Positions 14,990-23,718 of a stretch of 26,569 nucleotides of DNA are shown here, piece after piece. Origin of the DNA: Candidatus Taylorbacteria bacterium RIFCSPLOWO2_01_FULL_45_34b. GTDB lineage: Bacteria > Patescibacteriota > Minisyncoccia > Phycocordibacterales > DSPV01. The DNA is taken from positions 1 through 26,569 of the forward strand of contig MHRY01000044.1 in NCBI GenBank assembly GCA_001822675.1, written 5' to 3'. Each line of letters opens with the position of its first letter. Positions within the stretch are counted from its first letter, which is position 1. The notes under the pieces were generated by a model. It was given only the letters and a program-made list of their open reading frames with translations. It ran no database searches and was not told where the DNA came from. Position numbers and translations under genes: made by a program.

Positions 14990-15382
14990 ATGATCATTCC
15001 CACCAGCATTTTTCTTTTTTCTGGCGCAGGTATCGTCACCGTGCTTCTCTTTAAAATTCATGAACTTCGGCTTCAAAAAAAGATTTTGCTCTCGCATTTA
15101 AGTGAAGCGGCGGATCGGAATCTTCTCGAAGGTATTAAACTGTTTTTGAGACACTCTAACCGTGTGTCTTCTAAAATAAATAGAGAGAATGTCAAATATG
15201 TCGCGCAAATCGGAGTCGCTCTTGCTCTTAAAGGTTACGTGCTTTGGAAAAGGGGTTTTGGCAAATATTTCGGAAAGTGGGTAGACGCGGTTCGTGGCAA
15301 GAAGTTTTTAAAAAAAGGAGGTTCCGCGTCTTTTTTCCTTAAAGATATCTTGGAATACAAAAACAACTTGCCGAAGCAGTAA
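14990..15382 (+). CDS. Hypothetical protein with an N-terminal TM helix
   Basis: 130 aa, starting 13 nt after tsf. No recognisable motif. Confidence 0.35.
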   Translation: MIIPTSIFLFSGAGIVTVLLFKIHELRLQKKILLSHLSEAADRNLLEGIKLFLRHSNRVSSKINRENVKYVAQIGVALALKGYVLWKRGFGKYFGKWVDAVRGKKFLKKGGSASFFLKDILEYKNNLPKQ

Positions 15383-15473
15383 TTTTGACTCTTTGCTTGC
15401 CAATTTCGACTCTACCTCGCCAAACGCGAGTTTTTTTGTTTTAATATAACTTCCCGTCGTGACCGAGAGCCCA

Positions 15474-15496
15474 ATGTCAAGGTTAAACCTTGACAT
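15474..15496. repeat. REP-like 23-bp palindrome ATGTCAAGGTTAAACCTTGACAT
   Basis: Exact reverse complement of the copy at 4251-4273. Confidence 0.75.
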
Positions 15497-15625
15497 AAGA
15501 CATAATGTTGATGTTTTTGGGATTTTAATGTCGCCTTAGCTCAGCCCCGACGCTTACGGCAAGTGGGGAGCCGACCAAGGCGTCGGCTTTGGTACCCGCC
15601 CGAACGACTGGACAAAATTAATATC

Positions 15626-15701
15626 GCCGGTGTAGCTCAGTTGGTAGAGCAACGGTTTTGTAAACCGTAGGCCGTCAGTTCAAGCCTGACCACCGGCTCC
15701 A
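15626..15701 (+). tRNA. tRNA-Thr (anticodon TGT), CCA encoded
   Basis: GCCGGTG-TA-GCTC-AGTTGGTA-GAGC-A-ACGGT-TTTGTAA-ACCGT-AGGCC-GTCAG-TTCAAGC-CTGAC-CACCGGC-T-CCA. Confidence 0.9.
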
Positions 15702-15740
15702 AATTGGAAAAACTGCCTTATTTTCTATATACTATTCTTC

Positions 15741-16571
15741 ATGCTAAGCGAAGAAACGAAAGGCCTAAAACTTGAGGACAAGTTCGGCCGACCGGATCAA
15801 AAATTCGGTTTAGGCCACCTTCACCCTATCTCGCAAGCCATTTTGGAAATCCAAGAGATTTTTGCGGGGATGGGTTTTCATGTTGCCGAAGGGCCGGAGC
15901 TTGAAACAGAATTCTATAATTTTGATGTTCTTAATATGCCAGATGATCATCCGGCGCGCGACATGCAAGACACGTTCTGGATTAAGAATCCAGAAAATTT
16001 CCAATTTCCAATTTCCAATTTCCAAACAAATTCCAAATCACAAATTCCAAATTCTAAAAAAGAGGCAAAGAGTGAGAGGCCGGTGCTCCGTACGCATACG
16101 TCAGGGGTACAGGTTCGGGAATTAGAAAAGGGGGAATTGCCACTCCGTATCATTGTTCCCGGGAAAGTTTTTAGAAATGAAGCGACCGACGCCACGCACG
16201 AAGTGCAGTTCTATCAGCTTGAAGGTTTGATGGTTGATAAAGAGGTTTCTCTTGCGCACCTTAAAGGTGTGCTCACTCATTTTTTCGAAAAATTTCTCGG
16301 CAAAGACACAGGGATTCGTTTCCGACCAAGCTTTTTTCCTTTCACCGAGCCGTCTGTCGAAGTGGATGTGCGGTTTAGAGGTAAGTGGCTTGAAATGATG
16401 GGCGCTGGCCTTGTTCACCCGAATGTCTTAACTGCCGCTGGCATTGACGCCAAAAAGTGGCAAGGGTTTGCTTTCGGTGGCGGTTTAGACAGGCTTGTAA
16501 TGGTTAAATACGGAATCGAGGATGTCCGCCTGCTTTATTCCGGAGATTTACGCTTGGTGAATCAGTTTTAA
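15741..16571 (+). CDS. pheS: Phenylalanine--tRNA ligase alpha subunit, N-terminally short form
   Basis: HPARDMQDTFWI ... VLRTHTSGVQVR ... FRNEATDATHEVQFYQLEGL ... FFPFTEPSVEVD ... GAGLVHPNVL ... FGGGLDRL class II motifs. Only 40 nt separate it from the tRNA-Thr 3' end, so no room for the usual N-terminal coiled coil. Confidence 0.9.
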   Translation: MLSEETKGLKLEDKFGRPDQKFGLGHLHPISQAILEIQEIFAGMGFHVAEGPELETEFYNFDVLNMPDDHPARDMQDTFWIKNPENFQFPISNFQTNSKSQIPNSKKEAKSERPVLRTHTSGVQVRELEKGELPLRIIVPGKVFRNEATDATHEVQFYQLEGLMVDKEVSLAHLKGVLTHFFEKFLGKDTGIRFRPSFFPFTEPSVEVDVRFRGKWLEMMGAGLVHPNVLTAAGIDAKKWQGFAFGGGLDRLVMVKYGIEDVRLLYSGDLRLVNQF

Positions 16572-16572
16572 T

Positions 16573-18531
16573 ATGAAAATTTCTCACAACTGGCTGCAAG
16601 ATTATTTTGATAAGGAATTACCCTCACCGGAAAAATTGGCAGAGCTTTTGAACGCGCACGTTTTTGAAGTTGAGGGCTTGGATAAAGTACACGAAGACAC
16701 AATTCTCGATGTAAAAGTGCTTCCAGACAGAGCTCATTACGCCCTGTCTCATTTTGGTATCGCCTATGAAGTTTCCGCTATCACTGGAATTCCGTTAAAA
16801 AAGGAAAGAGATTTAACTGTTACATTAGGGAAGCAGACTGCGCCGAAAGTCACAGTTGAGGACGAAAAAGTATGCCGCCGATACATGGCGCGGGTTGTCG
16901 AAGGAATCGGTAAAGCCGAAACACCGAAAATTATAAAGGAAAGACTTGCCGCTATCGGCCAACGTTCGATCAATCCAATTGTTGATCTTGCAAACTACAC
17001 GATGTTTGATGTCGGCCAGCCGCTTCACGCCTTTGATGCGGATAAAGTAAAAGGAGGAATCACAGTACGAAAAGCGAAAGCGGGTGAGAAAATTACCACG
17101 CTTGATAATAAGGACGTTGCTCTTTCCGCGGACATTTTGGTTATCGCGGATGATGTGGGCCCGCTTGCCATCGCGGGCATCAAGGGCGGCAAGCGGGCCG
17201 AAGTGGATTCAAACACAAAACGAATTATTTTAGAATCTGCCACGTTTGATCCAGTTTTGATTAGGAAAACGGCGACTGCTTTAAACATCAAAACCGATGC
17301 TTCAAAGCGGTTTGAAAATAACATGCCGCCAGCCGGCGCGTTTCTTGGCATACTGCATTTTTCAAAGCGACTGGAAGATATTTTTGGCGACTCGATTTCT
17401 TTTAGCCCCTTCACTGATATATATCCTGTTCACACGGAAGATAGAACCATAGAGATAGATCTTGATTTTATTCACGCCAAACTCGGGGCAAAAGTGTCGG
17501 AAAAAGAAGTGATTGAAATTCTTGGGCGACTTTATCTTAAAGCAGAAAATAAGAAGGGTAGGTTAGTTGTTACTGTTCCAGCATGGCGTCAGGATGTTGT
17601 CATTCCTGAGGATGCTGTCGAAGAAGTTGGACGGCTGTACGGCTATGAAAAAATAAAGCCAATCGTGCCGCCGAAAGTAAAAGGGGATTTGCCTCTTAAC
17701 AAAAATTTCTACTACGCGAACAAAATCAAACTCATTTTGGCAAACCACGGCTTTTCAGAAATTTACACTTCAACCTTTGATAAAGTGGGTGAGCGGGAAG
17801 TACTCTATCCTGTGGCGTCAGATAAAAATTTTTTGCGGACGGAATTGACAAAGTCAATGGCGAAGGCACTCGAGTTCAATCTTCGAAATACCGACCTCCT
17901 TAATCTCAATCAAATCAAGCTTTTTGAAATTGGTAAAATTTTCAAAGATGGGAAGGAGATTAATTCTTTAGTTGTTGGTATTACAAACACCAAAAGTATT
18001 AAAACTAAAGTAAATGATTTAATTCGAGATGCGCGTGAAATGCTCATAAAAGAGTTAGGAGCCGATGTTCAAACGGTTTGCACTATTGATGACAGTGGGG
18101 GACTGCTTCTTCTTGGAGGCCAGCAAATTGGTACCATAAATGCCATCGATGGGGTTATGGAAGTGAATCTTGACCTGTTTATTGCTTCTCTGCCCGATCC
18201 GAAAGGCTCAACCTTACAGACTGTAAGGTTGAGCCTTTCGAGTCTTGTTTACAGACCGTTTTCAAAGTACCCATTTATCGTTCGAGATGTTGCTATCTTT
18301 GTGCCGGAAAGTACAAAAGTGGTTGAAGTTCTTGCGGTAATCAAAAAAGAAACCAGTACGTTACTTGTAAATGATTATCTGTTCGACGAATTCAAAAAAG
18401 GTGACAAAATTTCTTACGCCTTCCGCCTCGTCTTTCAATCTTTCGAAAAAACACTGACCGATGATGAGGTGAATAGGATTATGAAAAAAGTAGCCGCGGC
18501 AGTCACAGCAATGGGATGGCAGGTGAGATAA
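16573..18531 (+). CDS. pheT: Phenylalanine--tRNA ligase beta subunit (short, ~650 aa)
   Basis: MKISHNWLQDYF start. B3/B4 and B5 domain-like regions and a C-terminal anticodon-binding-like FDEFKKGDKISYAFRLVFQ. Start lies 2 nt after the pheS stop. Confidence 0.88.
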   Translation: MKISHNWLQDYFDKELPSPEKLAELLNAHVFEVEGLDKVHEDTILDVKVLPDRAHYALSHFGIAYEVSAITGIPLKKERDLTVTLGKQTAPKVTVEDEKVCRRYMARVVEGIGKAETPKIIKERLAAIGQRSINPIVDLANYTMFDVGQPLHAFDADKVKGGITVRKAKAGEKITTLDNKDVALSADILVIADDVGPLAIAGIKGGKRAEVDSNTKRIILESATFDPVLIRKTATALNIKTDASKRFENNMPPAGAFLGILHFSKRLEDIFGDSISFSPFTDIYPVHTEDRTIEIDLDFIHAKLGAKVSEKEVIEILGRLYLKAENKKGRLVVTVPAWRQDVVIPEDAVEEVGRLYGYEKIKPIVPPKVKGDLPLNKNFYYANKIKLILANHGFSEIYTSTFDKVGEREVLYPVASDKNFLRTELTKSMAKALEFNLRNTDLLNLNQIKLFEIGKIFKDGKEINSLVVGITNTKSIKTKVNDLIRDAREMLIKELGADVQTVCTIDDSGGLLLLGGQQIGTINAIDGVMEVNLDLFIASLPDPKGSTLQTVRLSLSSLVYRPFSKYPFIVRDVAIFVPESTKVVEVLAVIKKETSTLLVNDYLFDEFKKGDKISYAFRLVFQSFEKTLTDDEVNRIMKKVAAAVTAMGWQVR

Positions 18532-18533
18532 AC

Positions 18534-18558
18534 AGAGCCGACTCTAGGAGTCGGCTCT
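18534..18558 (+). terminator. Strong hairpin after pheT (agagccgactc-tag-gagtcggctct)
   Basis: 11-bp perfect stem. No clean U-tract follows. Confidence 0.45.
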
Positions 18559-18984
18559 CGAATTCGCTACTGGTTTGGTTAGCGGACTGGGACTTGCGGG
18601 ATTAAATACCGAATGAGACTCGGCGTTGCCGAGTAACTTTCCGCACTTCGTTTCGCGAGCCACTTCCACGGCTCGTTTGGTAGCGGGTCGGGTGCCCGTT
18701 TCAGTTTTGGCAGATGTTCAGTCTTTTCATAATCCGAGTAAATCATATAACATCCTACAAAAAAAGCAAATTTTTTAGTGACAGTACGCACTTTTTTAGC
18801 TATTTTTTTATACCCAAAAACTGCTTCCAATTCCGCATGGTTCTGATATGATAAGAGGCAAGAAATACCCTTGTATTTCCTTTCTTTTTTCTAAATTACG
18901 TGGTTTACCCCAACAAATTTTTTCCACAGGCAGAGAGGGTAAAAACAGCATATTTTAAGCATTAATTTCGATTCATCAGGTTTT

Positions 18985-21105
18985 ATGGCTAAAACAAAAA
19001 ATTTGAAGGGGCAGGAGGAAGCGACAAAAAAACAAAACGGTTCGGGGCCTGCCCGTACCGAAACGGTACGTTCGGGCGGGCATCATTATGACGCTTCAGC
19101 TATTACCGTTCTTGAAGGTTTGGAGCCGGTACGCAAGCGCCCGGGCATGTATATCGGTACCACGGGGCCGGACGGTTTACACCACCTCATTACCGAAATT
19201 TTCGACAACTCGCGCGACGAAGCGATGGGTGGTTTTTGCAATGATATTGAAATCGTACTTTTGCCGGGTAACCGAGTGCGGGTTACGGACAACGGCCGTG
19301 GTGTTCCGGTTGATATTCACAAGCAGACCAAAGTTTCGGCGCTTGAAACCATTATGACCACGCTTCACGCTGGCGGCAAGTTCGGCGGCGAAGGCTACAA
19401 AGTCTCCGGCGGTCTTCACGGGGTCGGCGCTTCGGTTGTAAACGCCCTTTCCATCTTCTGCGAAGTGGTGGTGCATCGCGATGGTGGCGTCTACTATCAG
19501 GAATACAAACAAGGCAAAGCCAAAGCCCGCGTCAAAAAAATTGGCACTTCGAAATCTCACGGGACTATTGTGACATTCGAGGCTGATCCGGAAATTTTTC
19601 CAATCATTGAGTATGATTTCAGCCGTGTTGTAAGTCACATGCGCCAACAGGCGTACCTCGTCAAGGGTCTCCGGATTTCGGTCATTGACGCGCGGTCTTT
19701 CAAAGAGAACATTGACCTTGCAGATGTCTTTTATTTCCGCGAGCTCGCGTTTGAAGTTCCTTCTCAAACTTTTTATTTCGAAGGAGGTCTGCTTTCTTTC
19801 ATCGCTTTTTATAACAAACTCCAAAAACCGCTCCACAAAAATATTTTTTACATTGAAAAGAAAGTGGAGGGAGTTGAATCCGTAGAGATTGCGCTTCAAT
19901 ATGTCGATGACATTTCCGCCCGTATTTTGCCTTTCGCCAACAATATCTACACCGCCGAGGGAGGGACGCATTTAACCGGTTTTAAGACTGCGCTCACTCG
20001 AACGCTCAATACGTACGCCAAGCAAAATGGATTGGTCAAAGACGGTGAAGATAGTTTTACCGGAGACGACGTGCTCGAGGGTATCACCGCGGTTATTTCG
20101 GTCAAGATTCGGGAAATTCAATTTGAAGGTCAGACAAAGGCGAAACTCGGTAGCGTCGAAGCCCAGAGTGCAGTGACAACTGTTTTTGGCGAGTCCTTCG
20201 CGGCGTTTTTGGAAGAGAAGCCAGATGACGCACGGGCTATCATTGGTAAAGTCGTTTTGGCCATGAAGGCCAGAAAGGCGGCCAAAGCGGCCAAAGACAG
20301 CGTGCTTCGAAAAGGCGCGCTCGAGGGCATGACGCTCCCCGGAAAATTGGCGGACTGCCAATCCAAAGATCCCGCTGAATCCGAGCTGTTTATTGTGGAA
20401 GGCGATAGTGCCGGAGGTTCATCAAAAATGGGCAGAGATCGCCGTATTCAAGCCATTCTACCGCTTCGCGGCAAAATTTTAAACATCGAACGAGCTCGAC
20501 TTGATCGGATGCTTTCGTCGGAGCAGATTAAAAATTTGGTCATAGCGCTTGGCACGGCCATTGGGGATACGTTTGAAATTGGCAAACTGCGTTATCATAA
20601 AATTATTATTGCCACTGATGCCGACGTTGACGGCGCTCATATTCGCACGCTCATTTTGACGCTTCTTTACCGCTACTTCAAACCGCTTATTGAAGGTGGT
20701 TTTATCTACATTGCCCAGTCTCCGCTCTACAAAATCAAGAAAGGCCAAGAGTTTTTGTATTTTTATAGCGATGATGAGAAAAACAAGTTTTTGAAAAAAG
20801 AAGGAGTGGCCGCGGCGGATTTGGAAGAAAACGAGGAAGAAAAAACAGCCCCCGATTCTTCCGAAGCTCCTGAAGCTAAGAAGCTTCCTAAGCTTTCCAT
20901 TCAGCGTTACAAAGGTTTGGGTGAAATGAATCCGGACGAGTTGTGGGAGACAACCATGGATCCGGCGCGCAGAATTTTAAAACAAGTGCACATAGAAGAT
21001 ATGCAGGAAGCAGACAAGATTTTTGACATGCTCATGGGCACCGATGTGCCGGCTCGCAAATCGTTCATCCAGTCGAATGCAAAATTGGCGAATCTAGATA
21101 TTTAA
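18985..21105 (+). CDS. gyrB: DNA gyrase subunit B
   Basis: GLHHLITEIFDNSRDEAMGG (GHKL ATPase N-box), the Toprim region EGDSAGGS and the C-terminal QRYKGLGEMNPDELWETTMDP. The alternative, topoisomerase IV ParE, is not excluded. Confidence 0.88.
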   Translation: MAKTKNLKGQEEATKKQNGSGPARTETVRSGGHHYDASAITVLEGLEPVRKRPGMYIGTTGPDGLHHLITEIFDNSRDEAMGGFCNDIEIVLLPGNRVRVTDNGRGVPVDIHKQTKVSALETIMTTLHAGGKFGGEGYKVSGGLHGVGASVVNALSIFCEVVVHRDGGVYYQEYKQGKAKARVKKIGTSKSHGTIVTFEADPEIFPIIEYDFSRVVSHMRQQAYLVKGLRISVIDARSFKENIDLADVFYFRELAFEVPSQTFYFEGGLLSFIAFYNKLQKPLHKNIFYIEKKVEGVESVEIALQYVDDISARILPFANNIYTAEGGTHLTGFKTALTRTLNTYAKQNGLVKDGEDSFTGDDVLEGITAVISVKIREIQFEGQTKAKLGSVEAQSAVTTVFGESFAAFLEEKPDDARAIIGKVVLAMKARKAAKAAKDSVLRKGALEGMTLPGKLADCQSKDPAESELFIVEGDSAGGSSKMGRDRRIQAILPLRGKILNIERARLDRMLSSEQIKNLVIALGTAIGDTFEIGKLRYHKIIIATDADVDGAHIRTLILTLLYRYFKPLIEGGFIYIAQSPLYKIKKGQEFLYFYSDDEKNKFLKKEGVAAADLEENEEEKTAPDSSEAPEAKKLPKLSIQRYKGLGEMNPDELWETTMDPARRILKQVHIEDMQEADKIFDMLMGTDVPARKSFIQSNAKLANLDI

Positions 21106-21208
21106 CATGACACCAATATATCCCGATTTCATTTACGAAATCGAGGATCCTCGGTTCGATAAATCGAATCGGGACGAATGAGTGCGAATAAGCACTAATG
21201 ACACGAAT

Positions 21209-21247
21209 AAAAAAGACGGCTCGCCGTGAAAGGGGGAGTCGTCTTTT
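21209..21247 (+). terminator. Bidirectional intrinsic-terminator-like hairpin after gyrB
   Basis: aaaaaagacggctc-gccgtgaaaggg-ggagtcgtctttt. A-run before and T-run after a ~10-bp stem. Confidence 0.55.
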
Positions 21248-21642
21248 GGGTGACCTTTCGAAGTTAGGCAAACTCTGGGATGAAGGGGAGATCTTTGCTG
21301 TCGATTCCCATGACTTGGGAAGCCGTGAAAGCTTGACCTCCCCCAAGCGCTTTGAGAGTTGTTTCTTTCGTGTGGTGTCCCTAGAGGACAAGGTACTCCG
21401 GATGTTTTGGGTGCTGACTTACCTCGGTCATAAGGTTGGTGGCAAACTTTCCCACTTCTGTTTGGTGCCATGTCCGACCTTTTCGGTGGAGAACGGTCAT
21501 TTTCAGTTCGTGGCGGTTCTTTTCGATCTGCATTCGCATCAAGTTCGTGGATTTTTTCTGGGTTTCTTGGTTTTGGTAGCCTCAACAGGCTGTTTCTTCT
21601 GAAGAAAGGCTAACATGAATATAAAGGTATATCAAGTAGAAT

Positions 21643-21676
21643 GAACCCCCGCTTCGCGAACGCGAAGCGGGGGTTC
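21643..21676 (+). terminator. Perfect 16-bp-stem palindromic terminator
   Basis: gaacccccgcttcgcg-aa-cgcgaagcgggggttc followed by atctttctttt. Lies between convergent transcription units. Confidence 0.7.
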
Positions 21677-21728
21677 ATCTTTCTTTTATACTTTATACTA
21701 ATACTTGATACGCTATACGTTCCTTGGT

Positions 21729-22826
21729 TTAGAAAATGACGCCGTTTATGGTGTATTTTACGATGTTGTTGTCGCGGGTTACGTCAGGAAGATATCCCGT
21801 TGGATCAATGTTTATAGTAAATATGTTGCCATTTTTGTTTTCGATTTTGTCGAAGCCAAGCGTGAATTCGATCCGGTCATTTGGCGCAAGTGCGCCTTGC
21901 GAATCGGACGTGAAAATATGATTAGGGAAGGTTGGGAGCACCGCATTGAAATACCAGTCCGAAGACGTTTTGTTTCCGAGGTTTATGACTTCAAAACGAA
22001 CCGCGATTCGATCGGTTGAATGAAGTGTCGTGGTCGACATAAATTCATTGGTAATTTTATCGATAACACCGACTTCAATAATCTTCGCGGCCAAATCCGG
22101 TTTGCCGGTTTCCGACGCTCCGGCAGTCGTTCCTGAAATCAAATACGTGTTTTCCGTTTTTGTTCCGGCTTTCGGATCAACCGGCGCGGGTTTGACTGCC
22201 ACAGCCCCTGTTTTTTTAGGGGGAGTGGTTGGTGTTGCTGATTTGGTTGCAGTCCCCGATGCTTTGGTTGTGCCCAAAATACCGTCGCGGCTGTTTGAAA
22301 GCGATTCATTGGCGACCATGATCATGGCAGAAGCAGAGAGTGGATTTTCCTCGGAGCCATTTTTTATAAAAGTAAGCGTAACCGGAATGCTTCCGTAGCG
22401 GTTTTTCTTTGAAGTAACGATGAAAGAAGCACTCGTGGCGTCATTTGGTAAAAGCAATTTTTCGTCGCATGCCAAGGTAGCGTTTTTGCCCCCGCTAGTT
22501 TCTTTTAGTTCAAGAACGATGCCGTCTGTGCATCCGTAGGTGAAAACGTATTCGCCCTCACCGCTTTTGTTTTCATGTTTCCATGAAAGAGTAATTGTTT
22601 GACCGGAAGAAACGCTCAAGTTTGGCACTTCAAGTATCAAAGTTTCTGCTCCCTTGAAAGTTTTGGTGAGAGAGATAACGGAAGCATACATATCATTTAG
22701 ATTTTTTGGGATACCCGCAAAATTGGTGCTGCCAATCCAGGCGCCGACACCAAGTATGACAAGGAGGGTGACGGTAACGCCTACCTTTGCAAGAGTGTTT
22801 CTTTTGGTTCCCGATATGTTTTCCAT
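21729..22826 (-). CDS. Hypothetical secreted/anchored surface protein with a Thr/Pro-rich linker and a C-terminal beta-rich (CARDB-like?) domain
   Basis: 365 aa. N-terminal TM/signal (VGVTVTLLVILGVGAWIG), a TATKSATPTTPPKKTGAVAVKPAPVDPK linker, and a C-terminal RFEVINLGNKTSSDWYFNAVL segment. Confidence 0.55.
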   Translation of the reverse strand: MENISGTKRNTLAKVGVTVTLLVILGVGAWIGSTNFAGIPKNLNDMYASVISLTKTFKGAETLILEVPNLSVSSGQTITLSWKHENKSGEGEYVFTYGCTDGIVLELKETSGGKNATLACDEKLLLPNDATSASFIVTSKKNRYGSIPVTLTFIKNGSEENPLSASAMIMVANESLSNSRDGILGTTKASGTATKSATPTTPPKKTGAVAVKPAPVDPKAGTKTENTYLISGTTAGASETGKPDLAAKIIEVGVIDKITNEFMSTTTLHSTDRIAVRFEVINLGNKTSSDWYFNAVLPTFPNHIFTSDSQGALAPNDRIEFTLGFDKIENKNGNIFTINIDPTGYLPDVTRDNNIVKYTINGVIF

Positions 22827-23011
22827 GATTTTTATCTGATTTGTTAAGTGTAGATTTTTTAGTAATACTCCAATTGACGCTTCAATACTATTGACATACT
22901 TAAATTTGTAGTGTATATTGAAACCGTGGATTTATTTTGATGTAAAACATCCTATCATACTTTTAATTATTGTCAATAGTTTTACGTCCCCATATTTCCG
23001 TTCTCATTTTT

Positions 23012-23686
23012 ATGAATACCTTTTTGTCGACAATTAAATGGGTAATTGTTGTATTTATGGCTTCTTTAGGGCTTCTTTTTGCCATGGGTTTTGTGCCGGT
23101 TGAAATTAAAGATGCTGCCCAAAGTTTCGTTTCTTTCGGTCAAAGTATCTACCAGCCGGATGTTTCAGCCGAAAGTAATGGAATTGTCCCTGTTCCTGAC
23201 ACGGATGGTTTTATCACGCCGACCGCCCTTTCCATTCAGCCAAAAATGATTAGTATTGAAAAAATTGGGGTTTTGACTAGTATTGAAAATCCAGACAGTC
23301 GGGATATCAGCGTTCTCGACCAAGCACTTCAAAAAGGCGTTGTCCACTACCCGGGCTCCGGTTCCCTCGAGGACGACAGCAACATGTTTCTCTTTGGTCA
23401 CAGCACGACTATAAAGACGGTTAGGAATCAGGCATACAAGGCGCTGAATCGCCTTGGCGAACTTGCGCTTGGAGATGAAATCAAGGTTCGTTCAGATGAT
23501 CGCGAATACGTCTACACCGTTTTCTCGGTTTCCTTGGTAGATCAGAATGAAGCTTTGGTTGAATTTTCGAAGGGCAAGCGTATGCTGACCCTTTCAACCT
23601 GCAACACCTTCGGCGCGAGAGAAGAGCGATTCGTCGTAGAAGCCAAGTACGCGCGAGACTACGAAATTTCCAACATGTTAAATTAA
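23012..23686 (+). CDS. Sortase-family transpeptidase
   Basis: N-terminal TM, then HYPGSGSLEDDSNMFLFGHS (catalytic His), LTLSTCNTFG (TLxTC catalytic Cys) and a downstream Arg (RFVVEAKYAR). Start could be 22970 or 23012. Confidence 0.8.
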   Translation: MNTFLSTIKWVIVVFMASLGLLFAMGFVPVEIKDAAQSFVSFGQSIYQPDVSAESNGIVPVPDTDGFITPTALSIQPKMISIEKIGVLTSIENPDSRDISVLDQALQKGVVHYPGSGSLEDDSNMFLFGHSTTIKTVRNQAYKALNRLGELALGDEIKVRSDDREYVYTVFSVSLVDQNEALVEFSKGKRMLTLSTCNTFGAREERFVVEAKYARDYEISNMLN

Positions 23687-23718
23687 AAAAACAAGAATCG
23701 CTTATTTTAGAAAAGAGT

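Noticed and set aside
13602-15097. Antisense ORFs across rpsB/tsf (13602..14051, 13817..14179, 14284..14514, 14642..15097, etc.)
   Set aside because: Opposite strand of strongly supported ribosomal protein S2 and EF-Ts genes.
15810-16418. ORFs antisense or nested in pheS (15810..16025, 15862..16125, 15947..16195, 16122..16418)
   Set aside because: pheS class II motifs are in the other frame and strand. Several of these read through the micro-repeat.
19086-20748. Minus-strand ORFs inside gyrB, including a 264-aa one (19177..19971)
   Set aside because: Antisense to gyrB, whose GHKL and Toprim motifs are intact.
21106-21640. RNase P RNA or tmRNA in the gyrB-downstream gap
   Set aside because: No P4 pairing partners (GUCCGG...CCGGCU) on either strand, no GGGG...tRNA-Ala-like 3' end, and no tag-peptide-like ORF ending in a Leu-Ala-Ala-type terminus.
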